From assembly GCF_009914755.1 (NCBI RefSeq), contig NC_060936.1: DNA of 64,000 nucleotides. The stretch is one strand, 5' to 3'. The notes below the pieces were generated by a model. It worked only from the letters and a program-made list of their open reading frames with translations. It was not told the DNA's origin and did no database searches. The position numbers and the translations under genes are program-made. This document shows positions 14,069 to 36,895 of the stretch, one piece after another. Each line of letters starts with the position of its first letter. Position 1 is the first letter of the stretch. This DNA is from the human T2T-CHM13v2.0 reference genome, Homo sapiens.

Positions 14069-14374
14069 TTTTATGTTATCTTCCTCAATGCTAGTGTGAG
14101 ATCAAATCGAAAGAAATTTGAATATTTTTCAATGAGTTTATATAATTCACAAGTTGTCAATTTAATAGCCTATTTATTACTTTCATTTGCAGTTTATCTC
14201 TTCCTCTTTCCAGCTTTATTGAGATATAATTGACAACAAAATTATGTGTATTTAAGGTGTACAACATGATGTTTTCATATACGTATAGAGTGTGAAATGA
14301 TTATTCTCTTCCTCTTAATGAATTACTGTTTTTCTTATGATTTAAACTTTTTTTGGTTACTCTTTACTTCTTAA

Positions 14375-14773
<399 letters not shown>

Positions 14774-16038
14774 TAAAGAGCATGCAGCCCTTTTTCCTAA
14801 TCATTATAATAGCTGTGTTAACAGATGACTGATTATAAATGCTGTTTAACCACAGGTTAAAATAACAATCTTGTTTTACTTTGTTGAATAATGTCTCAGA
14901 TGTTTTCAGTTGGCTAAAAATATTTAAAAATTGCTCATAGGTTTTCCTGTTAGAAAGTAGTGCCCAATAATTGCCAACTCATCAGTGGTTGTCATATCCA
15001 GAATAGAATACATAATAGTATTTGGTGTTTGGTTATGTGTTTGACTTACCACTTTTTAAACATTTTTTTCATTATTTCAATTTTTTCCATAAATTGTTTT
15101 AGTAAAATAAGTTGTGTTTTCATTTTGACATGTTTTTCCAAGAGCTTAAGCAAAAATGCATCCAATTCAGCTATTAGTTGAAAAATTCCTGTGGAATTTT
15201 CATTATAGGAACAATAGTACTTTTCATCATGACCTCTGAAGTGTAACTTTCACTTAACGTTTAATAACCTCAAAACTTCCATCTCTGGCCACGATGGAGT
15301 AACAGTGCCAGACTAATTCTCTTGCTAAAAACAACTAGAAAACAGGGCAATATAGATGCCTTTATACAAGTGACAATAGTGAAGGACTGTGATCCACATG
15401 TAAAGAGAAACAAACAATTGCTCCAACTTTTTGCCTGGTGGAGGGACATTCTGAACCAGAGAGCAGGAAATAGGATCTCATGCTTGACAAAGTTGACTTG
15501 CTAACTTTGGGTGGACAGAGATCAAAGTTGAGGGAGATTGAGGCAGCTGGAAGTTTGCAGGGAAGAATTCCAAAGAGAAGGGTGCTGTATAGATTTAAAA
15601 GCTCCATAAGTTTGTACAGATGTCTTTCTGAAACTTTGCTGAACACTGAGATGTGCATTCACAGGGTGAAACACCACCAGAAGGCAAGGCAAAGAATGAC
15701 CAAGGTAATGTAAAACAAATAATTCTCAGAGGGGTTGGGATGTTTGAGATCCAGCCAGCCATAGGGGAAAGTCCTCCTTGATCATCAGGAGCACTCCTTA
15801 GGAACCTGGAAAGGTCGTGCCCTAATAGTGGAGCTAAACTATCATGAGTAAAAAGTACTGTGCACCCACAGAAACAAAGCTTGGGTACAGCCCTCAAAAG
15901 ATCAAACTAATCTGCAAGGAAAGTAACTTGCTTTCCAGAATAAGGCTCAACACTCTTTCAGGGAAGACTACGAAACCTAGATATTCAACAATATGAAATT
16001 CACAATGTCCTGCGTTGAATAAGAAAATTACTACACAG

Positions 16039-16317
16039 GGCCGGGCATGGTGGCTCACGCCTGTAATCCCAGCACTTTGGGAGGCCGAGGCGGATCATGA
16101 GGTCAGGAGATCAAGACCATCCTGGCTAACACAGTGAAACCCCATCTCTACTAAAAAATACAAAAAATTAGCTGGGCATGGTGGTGGGTGCCTGTAGTCC
16201 CAGCTACTCAGGAGGATTAGGCAGGAGAATGGCGTGAACCCGGGAGGTGGAGGTTGAAGTGAGCCGAGATTGCGCCACTACACTCCAGCAGCCTGGGCGA
16301 CAGAGCAAGACTGTCTC

Positions 16318-16350
<33 letters not shown>
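16039..16350 (+). mobile_element. AluY/Sc-like
   Basis: TSD AAAATTACTA(C/T)A(C/T)AGG, long A-tail. Confidence 0.9.
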
Positions 16351-16352
<2 letters not shown>

Positions 16353-16543
16353 ACTATATAGGCTCCCAAACAGGAAAATGTGACCCCATGACCAGAAGAA
16401 AAAATTGTCAATAGAAACAGATAATAAATGACAGGGATGAAGAAGTTAATAGATTAATGTGTTAAAACTCCTATTATAACTTGTTCAAGTATTTAAAGGA
16501 AAACATGAGCCAACTGAGAAGAGAGGTGGAAGATATATAACTG

Positions 16544-16884
<341 letters not shown>

Positions 16885-18119
16885 CTATATCTGAAAATTC
16901 ACTACATGGATTAAGAGATGATTAAACAATATGGGGGGGAGATAAGTCAACTTGAAGGTATAGCAAGAGAAAAATACCCAAAATAAAGCAAAGAGAGAAA
17001 AAAACGAAAATAAAAATGAGCAGGGCCCTTGTGACCTGTGAAACAAAATCATGGGGTCTACTATTTACATAACTGGAATTCCAGAAGGAAGAAATAATTT
17101 TTCGAAGAAATAATAGTTGCTGTCTGCATATAGAGAAAACTCTGATCTCAGATTCAAGAAATTCAGTGAACCCCATGCAGAAAAAACATAAAGAAAATCA
17201 TACTGAGAAACATCACAATCAAAATTCTGGAAACTAGTAATAAAGAAAAGTAGACTTTATGACAAAAATATTATTAGAGATAAAAACAGGGCATTTTATA
17301 ATGATAAAAGGTTCAATCCATCAGGAAGATATAACAATTATAAATATATATGGACCTAACAAAGTACCAAAATTCTTGAAGTAAAAACTGATAGAAATAA
17401 AGGAAAAAATGGACAACTCGATAATAGTTGGAAACTTCAATACTCCACTTTCAATAATGGATAGAGTAGCTAGGCAGAAGATGAACAAGGACATAGAAGA
17501 CTTGAATAACATTATAAAATAGGTAGACCTAACAGAGATCTACAGAACTCTCCACCCAACAAGAGCAGAATCTATACTCTTCTCAAGTGCCTGTGGAATA
17601 TTCTCCAGGATAGACCATGTACTAGGCCATAAAACAAACCTCGATAAATCTAAAAGGGTAGAAATAATACAAGTATGTTCTCTCACCACAGTGAAATAAA
17701 ATTAGAACATAAGATTCCCAGAGAAATTTGGGTAGCTCACAAATATTTGGAAATGAAACAACATACTCCTAAATAATCAGTGGATTAAAACAGAAATCAA
17801 AAGGGAAATTAGAAAATACTTTGAGATGAATGAATATGAATACACAGCATACTAAAACTTGGGATACAACTAACATAGAGCTTGAAGAGTAATTTGTGGC
17901 TGTAAATGCCTATATTTAAAAAAAGAATGATCTCATATCATTAATTTAACCTTCTACCTTAAGACACCAAAGAAAGCAAAATAAACCTAAAGCAAGCAGA
18001 AGGAAGGAAATAATAAAAATTAGAGCAGAAATTAATGAAACGAGGATAGAAAAAAATAGAGAAAAATCAATGAAAGCAAAAGCTGATTCTTTGGAAAGAT
18101 TAACAAAATTGTCAAATCT

Positions 18120-18902
18120 TGGTGGTCCCTATCAGAGATATCCCATATCTCCATTTAAGTAGCCAGTCTGGCCCCTGCAGAAAGGATCATGGGAAATGAT
18201 CATAGCCTACCACAAGCTCAACCAAGTATTAGTCCTGACGCTGTGGCCATGCTGGATTTGATACCTTTGCTAGACAAAATCAATATGACTACAGGTAAAT
18301 TTTAAGCAGCCACCGATTTGGTGAATGCATTCTCTTCTGTCCCTATCAGAAAAGAGGCTCAGAAACACTTCACATTCATACAGAATGAACAACAAAAGAC
18401 ATCTACAGTTTTGCCCCAAGGTTATGTTAACTCATCTCTGTGTCACAATATGTAACTATGTGACTATGTGTTATAATACAGCCCTGACAAATCCAGACTG
18501 CCCAGGTATCCTGCAGAACATCTTACCCATCCAATACATTGATGACATCATGCTGATCAGGCAGGATGAAAAAGAGGTGACTAGCATCTGGACACCTTGA
18601 TAAGATACACATGCTCCGGCGGGGGGGGGGAGGGGGGGAGATAGGCTCTATGAAAATTTAGAAACTTGGTACTTCAGTAAAGATTTTTAGAGGTCCTGGC
18701 GTGTGTCATGACATTGCCTCCAAAGTAAAAAAAAAACTGCTGCATTTTGCATTTCTTACTAGTGAGAAAGAAGCACAGTGCTTGGTAGAACTCTTTGGAT
18801 TCTGGGTGCAATACATTGTATGCTTAGGAACACTGACCAGCCCATATATGAAAGGCTGCCAGCTTTGATGGGGACTGGAGCATAAAAGTGCTCTGTAACA
18901 GG
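18120..18902 (+). mobile_element. ERVL internal region, pol reverse transcriptase remnant (5' part)
   Basis: Decayed RT motifs PVWPLQK, DLVNAFSSVPI, LPQGYVNS and YIDDIMLI. Confidence 0.85.
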
Positions 18903-19171
18903 CAGGGCTGACTACATAATCTGTGGGGTCCAGTGTGAAACAAAAATGTGGGTTCCTTTGTTCAAAAAGCAGAAAAAATGTGCCATTTAAGTTACTAAAA
19001 TATAAAACTTTTTCTTTAAAAATATCTTATTACTTACAAAATATAATAGGGGTTATAATAATACATGAGTAACAACATAATCTTAAATTTATATAATATA
19101 AATAATGAGACTTTATTATGTGATATCTTGATTACAAGTTTCTTCCGACTTGCTTTTCTGCAAATTCAATT

Positions 19172-19466
19172 GTTTTTTCTTTTAAACAGGGTCTCACTCC
19201 ATCACCCAGGCTGGAGTGCAGTGGTGTAATCACAGCTGACCACAGCTTCAACCTCCTGGGCTCAAGCAATCCTCCTGCCTCAGCCTCCTGAGTAGCTGGG
19301 ACTACTGGTGCATGTTATCGCACCCAGCTAATTTTTACATATTTTTGTAGAGATGAGCTCTCCCTACCTTGCCCAGGCTAATATCAAACACCTGGCCTCA
19401 AGTGATTCTCCCACTTTTGCCTCCACAAAGTGTTGGGATTATAGGTGTGAGCCACCCTGCCTGGCC
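19172..19466 (-). mobile_element. AluJ within hAT element
   Basis: TSD TGCAAATTCA. Confidence 0.88.
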
Positions 19467-19703
19467 TGCAAATTCATTTCCTAGGCCATCATACGTTTTC
19501 AGCAAATTCATTTTCAATTGATGTAGTTGAAAGCAATGTCAGTGACTCTTGGCAAATGCAAGATTGCAAATATTTTTTGATAACATTAATTTTGAGAAGG
19601 ATCTTTCTTCTGATGTAACTGTTGCTGTTAAGACTATTTTATAGGCTGTATAACAAAGGAATAAATTTGACAAATTATTTCAAAATAGAAATTTTAGCAC
19701 ATG

Positions 19704-19994
<291 letters not shown>

Positions 19995-19998
19995 TTAG

Positions 19999-20647
<649 letters not shown>

Positions 20648-21466
20648 GAAAAATTTTTTGAAAAATATTTAACTCTCCCTACAAATCAGTTTTAAGTTGA
20701 ATTTAATTTTTAATGTAAAGTATAAATTGTAATTTTGCAATTGTAAAATTGTAACTGGCATAACAATGAAATTGTAACATTTTCTTTGACATTTCCAGTA
20801 ACTTTTGAAGGTCATTTGAAAAACTCCATGGCTTCAAACTTTTATACGATTCAAAGTGCTTATTTATACATTCTATCACCGTATCTCTAATTATAAGGAA
20901 AAAGTAATTTTAATTAATACTAGGCTCATCTGAAACTTCCTATGAAAATAGCGTTCTTTTTTGTCAAATGTGAACATCTTTATATTTCTAAAGCTGTGGA
21001 TATTTGATTTGCCATGTTGCAGAAGTTTTCAAAAGTAGAGACTCTACACTCTGAAGAATTGTAATAGTTCCCTGATATGGTTTATTACAATGTCTGAGTA
21101 TGCTTTGTTTTTTTTTTTGGTAACAATTTACTGACAGTGTGTACTGCCTGAACTGGCAATTTCTGTCCCATCTCTCAAGCCTGAAAATTAAGATTTGTGC
21201 AAATGCCACAAAGATGGGATTTGGGAAGTAGCCAGGCAAGCTAGGCTTCCACAGCAGGTCCCAGGGCTGGCTTTATGCAGAATCCCTTTACTCTCCTATT
21301 GCTGTCACCACTGCTGCTGCTTCTCAGCTATTGCTGCTGTCAACTGGCACTGGTCCCCACCTAGCTACTTTGGGGCCCTTAAGTGCCCATGACTGCCCTT
21401 AGGTGTGCACGTGTGACAACTGCATGGTGCCTGGTGCTGCCTGCTGGACTTCCTAGCTTGGCATAA

Positions 21467-21839
<373 letters not shown>

Positions 21840-21963
21840 AAAACACCAAATTTAAAAACAAAATTGTTCACCATTTCAAGATGGTGATAATACAGCATTA
21901 AACCAGGAGTAAAGACCTTCTGAGAGTGGGGTTCTGTACAACATATCCATGAAGCCCATCCTG

Positions 21964-23556
<1,593 letters not shown>

Positions 23557-23926
23557 TACATCAGTTCTTTTAAAACAATGTCACTGTGCCAGGAGTTTGA
23601 GATCAGCCTGGGCAATATAGCAAGACTCTGTCTCTAAAAAAAGAAAATCACTTTAATACAGATGAGAGACAGAGGCTTAATTTTTAGCTGATATGTATTG
23701 AGCAGCCATAAACTTTCTTTCTACTATTGCAAAGGAAAGGTTATACTCTGTCACTTGGAATCTTGTGTAATAATAATTAAGTAGTAAACTAGATACCCAC
23801 AATTCCTGTAAGCATCATGACTTGAATATCATTCTGCATTAATAGTTTACTCACTGTCTACTGTGCATTAATATGCATTTCCTAAATTCTGTCTAAGGTT
23901 TGATGGCTTTAAAAAGTACTAAAATT

Positions 23927-28890
<4,964 letters not shown>

Positions 28891-29084
28891 ATCAGTGGTT
28901 CTTTCTTATATCCAGAGCTTCAGGGAACTTGTGTGGGGCCTGCCAGTTTCCTGGTGGCAGTAGTGTAGGGTGAGAAAAGCGGCTGTCCTTTGCCAATACC
29001 GCTTCTAGGATTATATTTACTAAAGTTAACTTTTCTTAGGAAAGTAGGTAATTGGTTGTTTTTTTCTCTGGTTTTCATGGTATT

Positions 29085-29750
29085 CATTCAATTAGTTAAT
29101 TAAACAAATATTTATTGAGCAGTTACAATGTGCCAGGGATTGTTCTAAGTGATGGGCATATATCAATGAACAAAATAGACAAAATTCCTGCGCTCGGAAG
29201 CTTACATTTTAGTGGCAAAAGACAGATAACAAAATAAATCAGTAGATTATATACTGTAGTATGTGGGAAGAGGGTATTATGGGAAAAAAAAGAACAAGGA
29301 AGAGAACTAAGGAAAACCTGGGGGATGGGGAGCTGCAATGTCAAATAGGGTGGTTATGGAGTGATTCACAGAGAAGCCTTTTTTTTTTTTTTTTTTTTTT
29401 TTTAAGATGGAGTCTCACTCAGTCACCCAGGCTGGAATGCAGTGGCGTGATCTCGGCTCACTGCAACCTCCGCCTCCTGGGTTCATGTGATTCTCAGGCA
29501 TGGGCCACCACACCCAGCTAATTTTTGTATTTTTAGTAGTGACGAGGTTTCACCATGTTGGCCAGGATGGTCTCGATCTCTTGACTTCATGATCCGTCCA
29601 CCTCGGCCTCCCAAAGTGCTGGGATTACAGGTGTGAGCCATCGCGCCCGGCTCACAGAGAAGACATTTAAGCAGAGACGAGACTTGGTGAGAGCAGAGTC
29701 ATGCCAATATCTAGGGGAAGATCATTCCATAAGTACAATGATCTTAAGCG
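29085..29750 (-). mobile_element. L2 fragment split by an Alu
   Basis: aacaaatatttattgagc...tgtgccaggg and gaacaaaatagacaaaattcctg motifs. Confidence 0.65.
29379..29652 (-). mobile_element. AluS with internal deletion
   Basis: TSD TCACAGAGAAG. Confidence 0.88.
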
Positions 29751-30569
29751 TGCTTTCCTTGTTAGTTTTTAGTTTGCCATTTTCCTCTCTTTAGATTTGG
29801 TAATGATGGGGAATGGGAAATAATTTTGAAGTTCTTATTAACTTAGAAATGTTGAATGTCAATAACCTATTGTTTTCTTGGTCTCTTTTTTCCCTTCAGC
29901 TCACTTTGAGTTTCTTTACCTGTAATTCCTGATGGAGATTCCCTAAATGAGAATAGTGCTGAAGACTAACAGTTAATCACATCTCTTCTTAGGGGGAAGA
30001 GATAAAAAGGGCTGGGAAGCCAATTAAAAAAATAGGTCCAATTTCAGTGTTTACTCCTCTGAAAGTCCTGCTCATTGCAAAGTTTGGCATACGAAGGAGG
30101 ACTTGGAACTCGTTGAATGCCAGGGACAACAGGGAAAAAGACCTCAAAAAACAAAACAGCAATATAATAATGAATTCTACTCTCATTTCATACATTTAAA
30201 CATTAAATGGTAACAATAGTCATTAATATAGTTATAAAACCATAAAATAATATTTCCAGTATAATTTAAAATTCCGAATACCTAAGCGAAAAGTACAACT
30301 TCTGCTTGTCTCATATTAACTCCAGTTTCAAAAAGGGCCCTTTTATTGCAGTGCTGGTGTCAAGGTACACCAGATTTCTACCGGCAGGGTCAGGCTCTAT
30401 TATGAAAGTGCCTTGGAAGACAAAACTGTGCTGAACAAACACGAAACACCAGTGTTGTTCACCAGGTGTGTTGTTGCCCCTTTTGGAAGTGTGGTCAAGT
30501 ATTTAATAGCATTTGACTAATATATATTCATCCATAATGAAAGCCAGACACTTTATGAAAAGTTCACTT

Positions 30570-30750
30570 TATTCTTTGTGAATGGACACGTTATTTAGCC
30601 TCTTCGTGCCTCAGCTCCGTCAGCTGAAAAGTGAGAATATAACGACACTTAACTGCTTTATAGGGTTAAAGTGAGGATTAAGTGGGATAATTCATGCAAA
30701 TCTCTAAGAACAGTGCCTGACATACAAAAAGCGCTAAACATGTTGCCAAT
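30570..30750. mobile_element. MIR
   Basis: gcctcagctcc...gtgaggattaagtgggataat...aacagtgcctgacataca. Confidence 0.6.
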
Positions 30751-31269
30751 TATTAACTTCACAAAAATATCTACAGTGGAGCGGCAGTTCCGAGTTCTAT
30801 TGAGGTCTAGTGTAAGATACATCTCTCACAGTATCTTGTAAATTTTTGATTCTACCATCATCAAAACTAGCTCAATTAATGTATCAGTTCGGTCATCTCA
30901 AGAACATTTATTAAACCCTCACTCTGGTTACATCTTGTATCAGGGAATTAGTTGATTTTAATCCAGTGCTTTGGTTTTCACTGGAGGAAAAAAGTTCACA
31001 GCGTTATTAAGTCCCAGATATTTGCCAGGTGTTCAGAGTTTTAGAAAGCTTATTGTCAGAGACTAAACTAAGAAGGCTTTTGAAGGCGCTCAGATCAGGT
31101 GGGAAAGTGAGAAGGGCTGGTATTGTGTTCCGAGTATGTCAAGAAGGAGCTCCTGGCCTGGGCCTATTGATGGGCGTTTAGAACCCTCCTGGGCATTATT
31201 TCTAGCTGGCGGCTGAATAAGAGGCAAGAGTCACCCTCTTTTTGAGTTAAATCACGTGCTTAATTAAAA

Positions 31270-32500
31270 GTGAAGGTGGCGGCGGCCTCAGCGCCCTCCC
31301 CCTCCGTGCTGCTGGCTTCTTCCCAACGGTGTTCTGGCCACGTCCTGCGCCTTCTCGCGCACGGGAGAGCGCTCTGGGTAGAGGCCGGGCCCGGGCAGCA
31401 GGTGGCCCCAGGTAGCTCAGTGGCGTGGCAGTCTCCTTCTCGCCCGGTCCGGAGCGGAGGGGAGCGGCTCAGGTGCCGGCTCGGGGGAGGCCCGGGCACC
31501 TCGGGGATCCAGAGCCCGCTGGCGCCGCGCCCGGGAGGGCACCACCGGCGAGGACGAAGCCGCGCCTCCTCCCGGAACTGGCCGGCGCCGCGAGGCGGGA
31601 GGAGCAGCGGGAGCCGGGCAGCCGCGCGCCGGGGACCATGGACGTCCTTCCCACCGGCGGGGGCCGCCCGGGGCTCCGGACGGAGCTGGAATTCCGCGGC
31701 GGCGGTGGCGAGGCGAGGCTGGAGAGTCAGGAGGAAGAAACGATTCCTGCAGCTCCCCCAGCCCCGCGCCTCCGGGGAGCGGCGGAGCGGCCGCGGCGCT
31801 CCCGGGACACGTGGGACGGCGATGAGGACACGGAGCCCGGCGAGGCGTGCGGCGGCCGCACAAGCCGCACGGCGTCCCTGGTGAGCGGGCTGCTCAACGA
31901 GCTGTACAGCTGCACAGAGGAGGAGGAGGCGGCGGGCGGGGGCCGCGGGGCCGAGGGCCGCCGGCGGCGCCGCGACAGCCTCGACAGCTCCACCGAGGCC
32001 TCGGGCTCCGACGTGGTCCTGGGCGGCCGCAGCGGTGCCGGCGACTCCCGCGTGCTGCAGGAGCTGCAGGAGCGACCGAGCCAGCGGCATCAGATGCTGT
32101 ACCTGCGGCAGAAAGGTGAGGGCCGGGCGCAGCAGGGTCCCGGGGGCTTCCTGGAGCCGGGTTGTCCTCGCCGTCTCTGCCCGCGCTCCAGCGCGCACCT
32201 GGGCTGCTCGGCGGAGCGCTCAGATACTGTCTCTTTGGATCTGACGGTGGTACCCACCGTGGCACAGATTTATGTCCACACTTAGTTCTTAAGTTCTCCG
32301 GAGTAATTGAATCAAGCGTCAGTTGATGGAGTGGGCAGTTTCCCCGCTCTTCCCTCCTCCCATCTCCCGGTGTGTTCGCGGAGGCCCCAGGGGAGAGGCA
32401 GCCCAGATTCTAATTTCACCTGAACAGCTGTTAGGACAGGGTTGGAGGTTCTGATACGTATACCTGACCTACCTAGAGGGCGCCGCCAGAATCGAGGCGA
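31270..32500. promoter_or_regulatory. CpG island / TBC1D30 long-isoform promoter and first exon
   Basis: Very high GC and CpG content. E-box TCACGTG at 31252-31258 on the 5' edge. Confidence 0.88.
31638..32115 (+). CDS. TBC1D30: TBC1 domain family member 30 (RabGAP), long isoform, coding exon 1 (aa 1-159)
   Basis: Strong Kozak GGGACCATGG. Translates MDVLPTGGGRPGLRTELEF...QRHQMLYLRQK. Donor AAAG|gtgagg, phase 1, inside a CpG island. Confidence 0.93.
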
Positions 32501-34089
32501 GTCGTAGGGCTGTTCTTTCCTTTTTTTTTTTTTTGTTTTTTTGTTTTTAAAGTCCGCCTTCTCTGGTCACACCACTTAGTGTTTAACTAGTGAGGCAGAA
32601 TAATTCGATAATGCGGTTTCGAAGCAGAGCGTGTGAATTCTATTTCTGCCAGAGCGTACGGTTCCAGGCAGCTCACTAGGAATTTTTGTTGTTGTTGTTT
32701 TGTTTTCTTTTTTTCCTTCTCGGTGGCAGGTTAGTGGAGGGCCCTAGAGTGTTGAGGTTTATTACAGAATTTAACTGCTGGTACCTTCAGTTGGCATGGA
32801 GAGGTCGACCTGAGAAAATGGCCTTGGCTTTCAGGGAGAGAGGCTAATTTGGTGTTTCTTTTGTTATGAGACTCTGATGCTCGTGTCTTGAGCTCGTGTC
32901 ACACTTTTTTTTTTCATCTGGTCATAATAGCTTGCCTTTCAGGCAGTAACACAGTTATTAGAGTTGTCTTTTTTGGTATAGAAATATCAAGACCTCCATT
33001 TACAAAATGAGGTGACGTATGGAAAACAGATGCCGAGCCACCATAACATTTCTTGACAGTAATGTCCTTGGGCTGAGTTACCAGGGGAGGGAGGAAGGAG
33101 AGTCTCCCATCTCCTCACTGTATTAAAAAAAAAAAAAACCTAGGAAAAGAATAAATCTGTCTGCTTTCTCAGACCTACGTAAACAGCTTTTAGCTTCCTC
33201 TTTTGACTTCCTAGTGAAGATTTTTTTTTTTTTTCCCCAGCTGATTGTTACAGATAGCTTCCAGGTTCCTCCCCCTGCCTGGGACTTTGGCTGTAGCTGT
33301 GCCATTTCATTTTATAGAATTATTTGGTTGTTCTCAGAGTGTCTGTGTATGCCACAAGTCCCATAGGGCAATAGTTCTTTCAGACTCCAACAGAATCAAT
33401 TTTGAAGAATTATGATTTCTCTTTTTACAAGGTTTTACATTTTTCATCACCGAGGGAATTCTGGGGATTAGTAATTTCCTTTTTGAAGAGGAAAATTGGC
33501 AGACTAAAGTTTAAAGAAGTAGTAACGGTACAGCTAACTATGCAAGTGGATTTCATATGAGTGGCCACACAACTAACCATCCACAAGCCCTGTAATAGTT
33601 CGTTTTGCCTGTTCGGTCTTATTGCATAGCTAGTTGCTGGTTAAACCTTTCTTCCCTTGTAGTCAACCCTATTAAGATGAACAAAATGCCATATCATAAT
33701 AGTCCTATACACACATATGCGTGCTTACGTGTGCACACATACACACACTAACATGCTCCCTCTCCCCTTTATTGATAACATCATTCGCGTGCTAAGATTA
33801 AAGTATCAGGTGATGATACAGCTGTCTGCGTAAAGAATGCTGCTTATCAGGTTATTTGATCTTTTTCTCAGGCTCAAAAAATATTCCCCCCAATATAACT
33901 ACTCTGCATTCAGTAAGAATGTCATACAATACTGATAGCCTGTGTATTGTCTCCTCTCCCTGCCAGGGATTTTGCTGTAGCACTTATTTAGCTATATATT
34001 TAACATGTGTAGGTCCTTTAGGTGAGGCACCAGAATGGTTTCTCAGGACATCTGGGCTCTCTTCAGTATTTCCTTGGTTAAGGGGATGA

Positions 34090-34280
34090 ATTTTGGAGTC
34101 AGACTCCTGGGTTGATATCCGGCCGCAGTTCCTTACCAGCTGTGTGACCTTGGACAAGCTATTTAACATCTCTGTGTCTCACTTTCTTATAAATAGGGAT
34201 AATAATAATACCTACCTCAGAGGGCTGTGGTGAGAATTACATAAGTTAGAGTGTATGAAGTGCTCAACAGATGTTAGATA
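34090..34280. mobile_element. MIR
   Basis: agctgtgtgaccttggacaagctatttaacatctctgtg core. Confidence 0.7.
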
Positions 34281-34653
34281 TAACTTTTTATCATATACCC
34301 TGGAATTCCTTAGGACACTGAGCACAGGTTGTGAGTTGACAATGTCCTTATTTTTCCTCAGTTATTTAACACTGTGTAAGAGGCTATGGCCGATGTCATG
34401 GAGCATTCAAAGATGAAAGAGACCTGTTTCCATCCCCAAGAGGCTTCTATACCAGCAGATATTGCTGTAAAAGACATTTTCACCCTCAACTCTGAAAAAA
34501 TTTTCCCATATTGAACAATAAATGTAATTCAGAGAACTGGAGTTGTAGGCACCTTAGGGATCACTGGAAATGAGATAATGTAAGAACCCTTTTGTGGAGG
34601 AAAAGTATAATTTAAATGTTTTGTGATTATATTCCTACCCCTTTTATTTCTAG

Positions 34654-34976
<323 letters not shown>

Positions 34977-35730
34977 AAAATATTGAAATATTCAGAGAAA
35001 GATGTTTGTTCTATCTGAAGGCATCTAGGAATGAAGAGCCTCTGGTTGCCTCTTGTAGGCTTTTTCTCATATTTAATCATATTTTCATTTAACTTAAATG
35101 TTCTCTTTTCATTATATCCTACTATGTTTAAAATTAGGGGGACAGGAAGAACTAGCCTTTGCCCTCTTCTTCATGGTAATTCCTTATTTTTACTTAAAGC
35201 GTTATTTATGTTAGTGTTTATAAAGACCATACCCATTTGTTTCTCAGCATAATCCTGTATGCTAGGCATAATTTGAGACTTGGAGCACACTTCCTTGCCT
35301 AAAAATCACTCAGAGAGTTGGCTGATCCAAAAGCAGTCCTTTTTAACTCAGGGCCAAATGCATTTTCCATGGTGAGGTCAGGTTTGAGAACCCTGCATTT
35401 GTTTGTTACAGACCCCAAAAGTTGACTTTGATCTCTAGAGTGCATTTCTACTTTTGAGCATTTATTTTCTTCTCTTCTGATTCTCTTTAGTTTCTCCATA
35501 TCCCTTTAAAAATGAGTAGATCCAAACCCCACAGAGAACCTCTAATGGGGGGCTAGCTAAGGTTAAGTTGAGTGGAAGGCTTTGCCTGCCTACTAGATCA
35601 TGCTCTAGTGACTAATCATATCAAATGTGACCAAAAAAAACCTCCTCCCAAATCGTAATGATCATTTATATAAAGACAGTAGACAATTCTGGTTCCCAAA
35701 TTTGTTTTGACCTATAGAAAAACTGCTGTT

Positions 35731-35895
35731 AAGGGGAGGGAGAGCATTAGAACAAATACCTAATGCATGTGGGGCTTAAAACCTAGGTGATGGGTTGATG
35801 GGTGCAGCAAACCACCATGGCACATGTATACCTGTAACAAACCTGCATACTCTGCACATGTATCCTGGAACTTAAAGTAAAATAAAGTAAAAAAA
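35731..35895 (+). mobile_element. L1PA 3' end fragment (L1PA8-like)
   Basis: ggtgcagcaaaccaccatggcacatg...gaacttaaagtaaaat plus A-tail. TSD AAAAACTGCTGTT. Confidence 0.85.
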
Positions 35896-36008
35896 AAAAA
35901 CTGCTGTTGTGAATATTAGTTTTATGAATGTAGAATTATTGTAATTTATCTGTGTAAAGGAAATTTATTTTCTACCATATTTGAAAAATTGCTGAGGCTC
36001 TAAGATGA

Positions 36009-36488
<480 letters not shown>

Positions 36489-36895
36489 TAGCTGTTAGGT
36501 TTATTATTAATGTAACAGACTAAAAAAGATTCTTTTCTAGCAAGCTTACCATCTGAACACTTCAGTGGTACAAAATATACATGCCAGTTTTCAGGCAATG
36601 AAAAGTAAATTTGCAGCCAGAGCTAGATATGGTAAAAGTAGGAGTTTTTGCTCCATGTTACAGATAGGCTTAAGGATAAATTTACCTTACAGTATCTGTC
36701 TCATGGACAGGGCAGATAAATGAGTGACTTATTTGATCGGAATGTCCGAGCTGAATGCATACATGTAATCTTGAGTGAAAACCTAGAATTAGTTGGTTTA
36801 AATGGATGTTCTATTTATCTTTGGACTAATATCACACTGGAATTTGTATTCCTCTCAAGGTATTAATCGTTATTCTTATTTTTCTTTACTGATAG

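Noticed and set aside
18325-18600. YIDD reverse-transcriptase ORF as a domesticated or active RT
   Set aside because: Surrounding pol has stops and frameshifts and is split by a 3-kb transposon.
18619-18640. G-run (G10AG7) as a functional G-quadruplex
   Set aside because: Homopolymer expansion within a decayed ERV, with no supporting context.
31260-32265. Long overlapping and antisense ORFs (312, 204, 148, 123 aa)
   Set aside because: Expected stop-codon depletion in an extremely GC-rich island. Low-complexity R/P/A/G products with no recognisable domain.
32469-32485. CTCF-like CCTAGAGGGCGCC
   Set aside because: The 5' half of the core mismatches, so it is weaker than the two reported sites.
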